64,000 nt of DNA from the human T2T-CHM13v2.0 reference genome, Homo sapiens. Below the pieces are notes generated by a model. The model saw nothing but the letters and a program-made list of their open reading frames with translations. It was not told where the DNA came from and ran no database searches. Shown piece after piece: positions 52,891-64,000 of the stretch (position 1 is the stretch's first letter; each line of letters starts with the position of its first letter). The position numbers and the translations under genes were made by a program. The DNA lies in the NCBI RefSeq assembly GCF_009914755.1, contig NC_060926.1; one strand, given 5' to 3'.

Positions 52891-55800
52891 CAGACAGGGC
52901 CCATGTCCTGATCCCTAACACAACCCCAGCCTAGCTCTGGGTTCCTATCTCAGAGTCCTGAGCCCCACTACCTGGAAATCCACTTTTCTTGTTAGGATTT
53001 AAAGATGTGTGGTTTGTTGCCTTGATGAGAGGACTTTTTAGCACTTTAGGACAAATCAGTTTGGCAGATGACCCTTGCAATATTCACACGCGTATTTGTG
53101 AATGGGAATGAAGAAGGAAACAGAGGTTTCAGCACCCAGTCCTCTCTCTTGTGGCTGAGGAAAGACTGTTTATTGCTGCATTCTCTTTATCTCCTTATAT
53201 TCCTGTCTGGAACTTGAGACTAGGTTGCCCAGTATGATCTGCTTTTCCATGAAAAGAGACAACTCTGACTGCATTCATTCAAACTTTTATCAAAACTGTT
53301 TTGACTGCCTGCTATGAACTGAACACAAGTCCTTAGGGGTATTACAGCATGACAACACAGTCCCTTGAGCAGGTCTCAGGCTTTTTCTGTTTAATAAATT
53401 GAACGGGCCTGCCTCTCCCCTAAACTCAAAGTAATTAGCTTGGTGAATAGAATGGAGCCTTTCAACTAGCAACAGTGGATATCCATCTCCCTGAATGCTT
53501 TCAATCAGAGAAGAGAGAATGCTGACTTCATAAGGGTGGGATCTAGAAGTCTTCAGAGAAACCTTAGGACAGTTCCAGCACCACTTAGTTATTCCTCTTC
53601 CTCTCTACTTTTGGCTGACTCCTGAAAATGCCAGGCTTGGCTTCTCAAGTCATACTAGTTACCATCCCTTACATGAACCACTTTTTCATTTAAATCTAAC
53701 AAGGATGCAGTACAAGGATGATTATTCACAACATTAAATATGTGTCAGACTAACACTGTTAAGTTGTATTGGATTATATCTCTCAACTATATTCTTCTAC
53801 ATGTGGTCATTGGAGTTTTTGCATATGTAGTGTGTTCATGCACTCAAGTTTGAACAATTAGAGGAGATGCTGGGTCATACAGATTCAAGAACAGTAACCA
53901 CAGGAGAATATATTTTATACTCTTGGTTTGTTTCTCTGACAAGAAACTCTTCAGGACTTAGGTCAAAAGAATAAATATATGCACTATCCCTTCTAGGCAC
54001 AATTTGCTTGAGTAAGCAGCTAATAGAATAACTAGTCTCGGAGATAAAGAATCACTGTATGACTTGAGTATATAAAATTATACAATGTGTATATATATAG
54101 AAGAGAGAAAGGAGTGTGGAAACCAAAATTTAGTTGCTACCACAACTGTATATGTTCTAAACTTTCATGCATCTTGAGTATTTTATCCTCAAAACTAGTT
54201 TTTATATTTGAATATGTAATTACTTCCATTTCTTTATGGTCTTGGAAGAATTTAAAATATATATTTATTCATCGGAATCTATTATACAGAATTTTTAGAT
54301 ATTGTGAAAAAAATTTCTATTTCTCCTTCATAAAGCAGCCTTAAGATTTTTGTTTGCTTTTCATTTAATAAAATGTGAGGGGAAGATGAGTTGGGGGTTC
54401 AGTCTCTGCTGAAGACCTACTGTGCTTCTTATGATGTTGAGCATTAGTGATAAAATGTTTTGGAATCTTTACAGTACAATGGTTTTAAAGCTTCTGGGGT
54501 CAGGGACTGAATCCTCAACGCATGGCCTGTGGACCCATCATACAAAAGTGGTTCAGTAAATACTTATTGAATGAATGAATTTAAATTGTGCCATAGAACT
54601 AATTCATTTACTTAAGTGGCCAATCAAACCAGTTTACTCAGCCAATTTCATTGATTTTGTGACCTTATTTAGATATAATCTTTAAACAGAAAGTCATAAT
54701 GAGGGAAGGGATAGAAAAATTCCCATTGTTGTGTTGTAGTGAAAAAAAAGTATAAAATATTTTATTAAGTTGAGCTGCATTTAAAAGGAAGATAAAAACT
54801 TCCAGGACTATAAAAAAAATAAACTAAACTTCTGAATCCCTGAATAGTAATGGGGATGGGTGGAAACTCTGAAGACAATAATTTAAAAACAAAAACAAAC
54901 TAGTCCTTTAATTATAGCATAATTATCCAGATTTCAAACTGTGAATTCACTTTTGCTTTGGTCTTTTAAATAAATTATGCATGTTTTCCATATGGGGCCC
55001 CACACCAAAACTCCTTTTTAATCTGGGAAAACATTTCCAAAATCCAAGTTTGTATCCAAGCTCTGGGATATTAATTTGACTTTGGATTCTTCCATAAACT
55101 TTCCATGTTTAGAAATCTTTTTGAACTGTCCCTTGGGATACACATGTTTGTATTACACATATTCTATGTCTTTTAATAGTAACATTTAGGAATTCAGTAG
55201 GAAAAAAATAATGCCCTTGTAAATTTGATCTCTTTTGCAAACATAAGAACATGAAATGTTCTTTGGTTTACCCCCCACCAGGTTTACATTAATAAACCAT
55301 CAATTGTAAGCTCAACCATCCAATTCCAAAAAAAGTCCAACTTCAATATTATAGGCTGTTTTATTCTGTTGTGCATTTAACAAAGGATTAAGGCATAATG
55401 CATTTTTAATTAACTGAAATATTAATGGCAAAAGGCTTTCAAGAGAAAATGTTTAAAGAATTACTCATCATAAACATGGTTTCAATAGAATTTATTTATA
55501 AAGCTGGGTAGAGAACCAGGAAAGGATCATTAAAACTTAATTTTTTTCCTCTAAAATAAAATAGTTAACTTGAAGAACTTCATAGATAACAGCAAAAAAT
55601 GCGGGAGCACTTTTGGGGGCTATGAACTAATTAACAAGCACTGAGATTTTCTACTATTTTGCCGAGTTTTTGTGAAACTGCTTAGAGTAAACGTGTAGAG
55701 CCTGAAGGGAGATTGTGTTCTGCCAGCCAGACTTCTTAATGGGCCCACACTCCATCATCATAAATGCCTTTCTTGGTAGCCACTCAGGCACCTGGAACTT

Positions 55801-55984
55801 TTCTGCTAATGAGATGATGAAGAGTAGCAGGGCAGGAATCACAGCACTCGTCAACCCTGTACTGCCTCGCTTTTATCTCTACTGTCTACAATACACAAAG
55901 CCAAGTCAAGATTTTATATACTGTCCTCGGTAGCATCTCAACACTGACAATGGACTGATTTTCATGGCTTTGAAAATTTTTAAG

Positions 55985-56500
55985 TTAGTTCATTCAATTA
56001 GGGTTGTGTTTGGCTTCATTTAACAGAAACCTGCCAACAGTGGCTTAAGCAGTAAAGTTTTATGTTTCTCAAATAAGTAAGTCCAGAAGGAAGCATTACA
56101 GTCATTAAGAAAATCATCAGGGATTGAGGTTCCTTCTAGTTTTCTGCTCCATCTTCCATGGTGTTTGATTTTCATTATTACAAGATGGCTGCTCCACTTC
56201 TAGGCATCATATCTATATTATCGTCTGGAAGAAGAAAGTGCACAGCACCAATGTGCATGGCAGCTGAAACTATTCCTTTTTAACAAGAAAAAATAACTTT
56301 CCTGCCAGGAGACTTCTGCTTATAGCGCACTGGCCAGAAATTTCTAACATGGGCCACCTTTAGTTAAAAGAGTTTCCTGAGAAATTGAATCCTGTTCTGT
56401 TTTGCCACTTGGATTACCCCAATAAAATCAGGTCTCCTTTGATAAGGAAGAAGGGAGGAAATAGAGGACGCTGAGTAGGTAAGTAGGAGCTGTTGTCATA
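55985..56500 (-). mobile_element. MaLR LTR (MLT1J/K-like)
   Basis: aacagtggcttaagc; acaagatggctgctccact; gacttctgcttat...ctggccagaa. Confidence 0.7.
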
Positions 56501-56748
56501 CATGAACAACCACTGGTTATGGTGACCAAACATATTATCTGCATTCTTTTTTACTTCATATTGTATAGATACGGCCTCGATTATACCCTCTGATAATCAG
56601 ATCTAAAACCATTTTATACCACAATAGCAAACTTTAGCTGTCAAATCCCCCATTCTTTCCCACAGACCTCTCCAGAGCCTCACTGACTTCCCAGGTGTTT
56701 CCCATGGTGTTTGCAATAAGGCAGAGAGTGGGAAGAATGGGACAAAAG

Positions 56749-57074
<326 letters not shown>

Positions 57075-57221
57075 TCAAAAGGATGGTTTTGGCAGATGTG
57101 TCATAGTCATATTTTTCACTCATATGATCTGAGTCCCATCTCATTTGGGTACAAAGTTTTGTGTGTGTGTGTTCCTTATTGCTGGTTTTTTTTTTAACCC
57201 ACTAGAATAGCTATTACATAA

Positions 57222-57428
57222 TTTTATTTTATTAACTTTTATTTCAAGTTCAGGGGTACACGTATGGTTTTGTTACATAGGTAAACTCATATCATGGGGG
57301 TTTGTTGTACAGATTATTTCATCACCAAGGTACTAAGCCTAGTGCCCAATAGTTATTTTTTTCTGTTCCTGTCCCTCCTGCCACCTTCCACCCTCAAGTA
57401 GGCTCCAGCATCTGTTGTTCCTTTCTTA
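57222..57428 (-). mobile_element. L1PA 3' terminal fragment
   Basis: ttcaggggtacac...tgttacataggtaaac...gattatttcatcacc. Confidence 0.88.
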
Positions 57429-57577
57429 GGCACAAAAATTTAAAAGCTGATGATCACACACTCCCAATTTCTGGCCTAATTATGTTTCTGCATTAAATTA
57501 GAAAGCACTTCTTCATTCCTCACTGTTTTTATATCAGGTAAGCCCACAATACTTGATGTGAGAATAAATGACCTAGA

Positions 57578-57790
57578 TTAGGGTTTGCAAACTAGAGCCA
57601 AATCTGTCCAGATGAATTTTTGCAAATAAAATTTTCTTAGAATATGGCTACACCTATTCCTTTATGTACAGTGATGGCTGCTTTCACAGTACAAAGGCAG
57701 AATTGGGTAGTTGTGACAGAGACCATCTAGCCTATAAGACCAAAAATACTTACTCTATGGCCTTATATAGAAAAAGTTTGTTGATCCTTA
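57578..57790. mobile_element. hAT-Charlie MITE (MER58A-like)
   Basis: agggtttgcaaact ... gtagttgtgacagagaccat ... aaaagtttgttgatcct termini. Confidence 0.8.
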
Positions 57791-58033
57791 TCTAGACAAT
57801 CAATAAATTAAAATGAGCAAGTTTGGTATTGTGTGAGCATCACTTCCTTCTAAACATGTGACAAATACTTTCTATTTTATACCTTTATACTTTCTCTTTC
57901 TGTTTTATACCTGGACCTAACTGTCCAGCAACAGAAGCAAAGGACTCTGGTGCAGAAATCTTTGAAGGAGTTGACAAAAGTAATGAGAAGTAAAGCACAG
58001 GGATTAATTTGTCAGGTAGTCTTGAATGGGTGA

Positions 58034-58401
<368 letters not shown>

Positions 58402-58808
58402 AATTTTTATAGTCCTCATTTACAGGTTAGTAATGTAACCCAGAGTCAAGCCATTTTTCAAGGTGGTAAAGACCTAAATTTTAGGATAATAACATCAAAA
58501 TAAAATTCAACCAAAGGAAAAGAATTTAGCTTTTCCCCACAATTGCAGCCAAAATCAAATATTTCCTCCACCAGACTCCTAGAACATTTTGGCGATAGTA
58601 CTATAGTTATTTGTCTAAACATTTGTCTCTTCCACTGGTGCACTGTGGGGGACACTGGCTTATTGAGATTTTTATCTCCACTGGTCAACACAGTGCATGG
58701 AAAGTGCTCAAAACATGATTTTTAACAAAAAGTTAACAATTAATTTGAGGTTTGAAATTATTTTAGTGGTTTATGGATAATAGAAAAGAGGTAGATTACA
58801 AAATAATA

Positions 58809-59410
58809 TGCAACAAAGGATTAACTTTGCCTTCAGAGGTTTGGCCTTTGTCCCTGACTTCTGGGGGTCAATCTCTAAGCACTTGGAATATTTTGCCTGA
58901 TAAGAGCGTTCTTGTTTACTTAGGGCCTTGGGCCATGCCAGATAGTCTATGCTAACAATGTGGTTTATGGTGGACCTTTGGTCATGCATTACCAGCTTAA
59001 ATGCTGGAGGGTCTGAGGCTAAGGTGAGTGATACAGCCAGTCAACCAGGTAAATGTGACTGAGTCCTAATAAAAACACTGGACAGCAAAGCTCAGGTGGG
59101 CTTCCTTAGTTGGCAGTGCTCCATGTATTACCACATATAGTTGCTGAAAGAAATAGGCACTGTTGCACAGCTTCACTGGGAGAAGACAACTGGAAGTTTC
59201 ACCTGGAACTCCCCTGCATCTTGCCCTATACGTGTCTTCCCTTGGGATCTGTATCTTTTTGCTATAATAAACTGTAACTGTAAATATAACAGTTTTTCTC
59301 AGTTCTGTGAGTCCTGGTGAATTATTGAACCTACAGGTGGTCTTGGGGATGCCTGAACTTGCAGTTGGTCTCAAAAGTGATGTGGCCTTGAGAACTTCTC
59401 AACTTTGTAA
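58809..59410 (+). mobile_element. ERVL LTR (MER21/MER77-like)
   Basis: cctgataagagcgtt...atgctaacaatgtg...aataaactgtaac...gtcttggggatgcctgaacttgcagttgg. Confidence 0.75.
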
Positions 59411-60464
59411 ATAATAACAGTTGAGACTTGATAAACACTCTCTAGATGCAAGAGATGGAAACATAGATTGTTTCATTAAATTCTTAGACTAAGTCTATGA
59501 GTCTGGTACTATTTTTATCATCTTTTCATAGATGAAGAAATTGAGAATTTAAGACCAAATATCTGATCAAAAATTCAAGGGGGTGGAGATGGCTCCAAGT
59601 TCAAGCTCCTAACTTCAGAGCCCATCATCCATCCATCCACCGTGAAAGACTGTGCTCCTTCCTTCATGGTGTGAAGGAGGGCAGCTATGATTAACCTCCA
59701 CTTAGGTCTCTGTACTTTCCATCCATGGGACAGGAGCCACAAGTGGGAGTTTCTGGGGAGCCACTAGATTCTGAGCAAGGTATGATCCTTGATTTTGACA
59801 GCTCTATTTTTCTCTTTGCCCCTAAAAGCTTCTGTAACAATAGGCTAATAACTCTCCCTAATTAATTGTCTCTGGGGGTTTCCTCCTTCACAAAAATGCA
59901 CTAGACCTTTAGAAAGCTGGTTTCATTCTTAGTATATAAGCATGTCAAAAAGTGAAGTGAAGAATTTGTCTACACAGGCTGGGAAAATGGGAAACCAGGA
60001 AACCAAGAGTCATTCAGTGGAGGCTTGATGAGGAGAGATGATTATTTTCTTTTCCCTTTGGTAACTTCAAAATCATAGGAAATGAAGAGGAAATGAGAAA
60101 CAACTGGAATCTCCCATCCTGGCTCTCAGTGCAGTAGTGTGGAGGTAGTGCTGATGACTGAGCCACCTGGAGCAGACTGGCCAAGGATACCAAAAACTTT
60201 CCTCCAAAGACTGTCAGCTCAGACCTATTGCATGCAAATGACACAGGCAGTGGCTGCTATAGGTATATTGTTGGAAGAGGAGTTTAGTTAACCTTTCCAT
60301 TCCTACTCTGGGAAGCCAGTGATGTCTGGTCCCAGCACATGAGTCAGAGGCAAGTTCATGTGGCCCAGAGTCTAAGTATATCACAGAAACATGAAAACAG
60401 CTCTTCTAAGAGTCAATTTCAACAGCACTCAGATTCCAAAAGTAATTACTCTACAAATATTTAG

Positions 60465-60818
<354 letters not shown>

Positions 60819-61634
60819 TGAATCTTACACCACCTGTGACTAAACAACAGATTGAAAACAAAAGGACAAAATTAACTACTATTTCAGGTCACCTAAAAAG
60901 CAAAATTTGGAGACTCTAACTTTTCTCTCCATTTACAGATATAATTCACTCACTGGTCAAAAGGGTTTCTCCTCTGTTTTCACATCCAGTTCAAATACTG
61001 GACATTTTAGAGTATAAACCCATGGGGCAAATATCCAACATCGACCTGTCTGAGCTGAAATTTGATCTTTGGTTTCTGCTTTTTCCTGAATGGATCTTTT
61101 CTAGCTAACCAGGAAAAAGGTCTTTGATTTATTAGAACTGGGCCTGTCAAAAAAGCCAAGCAGCCTTCCTAGGCCCACACTAGAGATTGCCCCAAGAATG
61201 GAGGAGTTTGGAAGTTCTCACCAAATTAGCTTCCTGTGGACAAACACTTTGCTTTGAGCCATCCTTTAAGATGTTAGAAGGATGTATAGTCTTATTTTTG
61301 TTACCCCTGAGAGCTGTCTGTTCAGTTTCATCTGCCCAGAGCTATGGGTTTGTCGGTCCCACCACTAGTGGTGGCTGCCTTTTTCTCATATTCCAGAAAC
61401 CTGAGGTTGTAGAAACATCATTCGCCGACTCTTCCAAATGCCCATGGGGTGGTATCAATCTAAGTCTCTGGGTCAAACTCCTGATTTCTTGATATTTTTT
61501 GAATTATATTTTTAACTCATATGCATCTTTCAAAATGGCATAATTTCATTAAGGACAATTCGAAATTACAGTGGCCTTTGGAGGGCTTTTCATAGGAATA
61601 GAAAAAGAAACAGGATCTTAGCTATCCATTGGTC

Positions 61635-61937
61635 TTTACTTTTATTTTTATTTTTACTTTTTTTTTTTAAAGACAGGAGTCTTTCTCTGTTGCCTAGCCT
61701 GAAGTACAGTGGCAAAATCGTAGCTCACTGCAGCCTCAAACTCCTGAGCTCAAGTAATCCTCCTGCCTCAGCATCTCTAGTAGCTAGGACTACAGGCACA
61801 CACTACCATGCCTGGTTAATTTTTTTATTTTTGTTGAGACGGGGTCTCACTATGTTGCCTAAACTGGTCTTGAACTCCTGGCCTCAAGTGGCCTTCCAAA
61901 GTGTTGGGATTACAGGCATGAGCCACTGTGCTCACCC
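61635..61937 (-). mobile_element. AluJ-like
   Basis: Reverse diverged Alu. Confidence 0.9.
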
Positions 61938-62473
61938 TATAGACTGCATTTTTCTAAAAAAACAATTATGTAATATTACTATAAAAATGATTCCCTGGAC
62001 AAATTAAACTGATTTAATAATTTTTGGTTTAAAAGCTGCTCTATGTTTCCCCCCAACTTTACTACCATGTTTAAAACGTTAGCAAAATATATAGTTTAAG
62101 CTAGTTTTTATTTTCATTAAAAAAATTCTAATTCTAATTTGAATTTCCTAAATTTCCTCCATTGGTTTTGCTAGTCCCTCCTTTAATATTATAAAATTGA
62201 AATTTGTATGTTCCAGTAAATTGTATCATAATAGACAGTGTGTTTAGGAAAATAGATAAATTTATATAATGCTACAAAACATAAGATTTATCAAGAACTT
62301 GAATGTAAAATCTTAAATTAATATTATTTTGTGTTAATTGATTAATAATCTTTGGATACTTGAGCACACGATTTCAATATATCTGTGCTACTATTTGATA
62401 TATCATAGAGTAGCCTTCAATTAACAGGTTTAAAAGATGTGCAAATGCCTTTGGTTTGGTTAATATATGTATG

Positions 62474-62643
62474 TTTTATTTATTTATTTATTTATTTGAG
62501 ACAGGGTCTCACTCTGTTGCCCAGGCTAGAGTGGAGTGGCATGATCTTGGCTCATTACAACCTCCTCCTACCGAGCTCAAACGATCCTCCTGCCTCAGCC
62601 TCCTGAGTAGCTGGGACCACAGGTGCATGCCAACATGCCCAGC
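62474..62643 (-). mobile_element. Alu right monomer abutting L1
   Basis: (TTTA)n tail; consensus stops at catgcccagc. Confidence 0.88.
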
Positions 62644-63696
62644 AATGGTACCTCACATTTCAATACTAACATTGAATGTAAATAGCCTAAATGCTCCACT
62701 TAAAATATATAGAACCTCAGAATGGATAAGAACTCACCAACCATCTGCTGCCTTCAGGAGACTCACCTAGGACATAAGGACTCACATACACTTAAAGGGA
62801 TGGAAAAATGCATTTCATGCAAAGGGACACAAAAAAACAAGCAGGGGTAGCTATTCTTATGTCAGACAAAACAAACTTTAAAGCAACAGCAGTTAAGAGA
62901 GACAAAGAGGGACATTACATAATGGTAAAAGGCCTTGTCCAACACGAAAATATCACAATCCTAAACATATATGCACCTAACAGTGGAGCTCCCAAATTTA
63001 TAAAGCAATTACTAATAGACCTAAGAAATGAGATAGACAGCAATACAATAATAATGGTGGACCTCAGTACTCTACTGAGAGCACTAGACAGGTTATCAAG
63101 ACAGAAAGTTAACAAAGCAACAATGAGTTTAAACTATACCTTGGAACAAATGGACTTAACAGATACATACGGAACAATTCATCCAACAATAATAGAATAC
63201 ACATTCCATTCAACAGTATATGAAACTTTTTCCAAGATAGACCACATGATAGGCCATAAAACAAGCATCAACAAATTTAAGAAAATTGAAATTATATCAA
63301 GTACCACAGTGGAATAAAACTGGAAACCAACTCCAAAAGGAACCTTCAGAACCATGAAAATACATGGAAATTAAATAACCTGCTTCTGAATGAGCACTGG
63401 GTCAAAAACAAAATCAAGGTGGAAATTAAAAAATTCTTTGAACTGAATGACAATAATGACACAACCTGTCAAAACCTCTGGGATTTTGCCAAGGTGGTGC
63501 TAAGAGGAAAGTTCATAGCCCTAAATGCCTACATCAAAAAGACTGAAAGTGCACAAACTGACATTCTAAGGTCACACCTCAAGGAACTAGAGAAACAAGA
63601 ACAAACCAAACCCAAACCCAGCAGAAGAAAGGAAATAACCAAGATCAGAGCAGAACTAAATAAAATTAAAACACAACAAAATACGAAAGTTAAATG
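62644..63696 (+). mobile_element. L1 (L1PB/L1MA-like) ORF2 endonuclease domain, disabled
   Basis: Frames give [58 protein letters not shown], all L1 ORF2p APE motifs; broken by frameshifts and stops. Confidence 0.95.
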
Positions 63697-63992
63697 GGCC
63701 AGGCGCAGTGGCTCACGCCTGTAATCCCAGCACTTTGGGAGGCTGAGGCAGGCAGATCACCTGAGGTCGGGAGTTTGAGACCAGCCTGACCAAGGTGGAG
63801 AAACCCTGTCTCTACTACAAATACAAAATTAGCCGGGTGTGTTGGCGCATGCCTGTAATCTCAGCTACTTGGGAGGCTGAGGCAGGAGAATTGCTTCAAC
63901 CTGGGAGGCGGAGGTTGAGGTTAGCCGAGATTGCACCATTGCCCTCCAGCCTGGGCAATAAGAGTAAAACTCTGTCTCAAAAAAAAAAAAAA
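63697..63992 (+). mobile_element. AluSp-like inserted in L1
   Basis: ctgaggtcgggag, ctgaccaa.gtggag; TSD aaag(t/a)taaatg. Confidence 0.95.
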
Positions 63993-64000
63993 GATAAATG

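Noticed and set aside
62808-63724. 169 and 101 aa ORFs with endonuclease-like motifs
   Set aside because: Disabled L1 ORF2 fragments, frameshifted and interrupted by an Alu; not a functional nuclease or reverse transcriptase.

Overview
Primate (most likely human) genomic DNA. It has a ~3 kb CpG island at ~2.45-5.55 kb, followed by ~58 kb of repeat-rich sequence with no recognisable protein-coding gene. I count about 49 Alu elements or fragments, plus MIR, L2 and L1 fragments (including an L1 ORF2 endonuclease remnant at the right end), several solo LTRs (MER4-group, MLT1, THE1, MER21-like, LTR16-like) and two hAT-Charlie MITEs (MER33-like, MER58A-like). Almost all ORFs in the track are Alu/L1 read-throughs or GC-rich chance ORFs. 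Plus-strand splice signals in and downstream of the island suggest a spliced lncRNA. From memory the layout resembles the CT75/LOC440934 region upstream of PAX3, but this is unverified. The most unusual signal is a set of locally templated duplications and inversions in non-Alu sequence: a ~240 bp direct duplicate carrying an inverted 64 bp insert copied from 630 bp away, a 131 bp ~98% identical inverted repeat, a mosaic 31 bp hairpin, a 56 bp copy moved 3.3 kb, a fold-back inside an Alu, and a 163 bp tandem duplication in an L1. Repeat subfamily names are by eye, and repeat boundaries are approximate.
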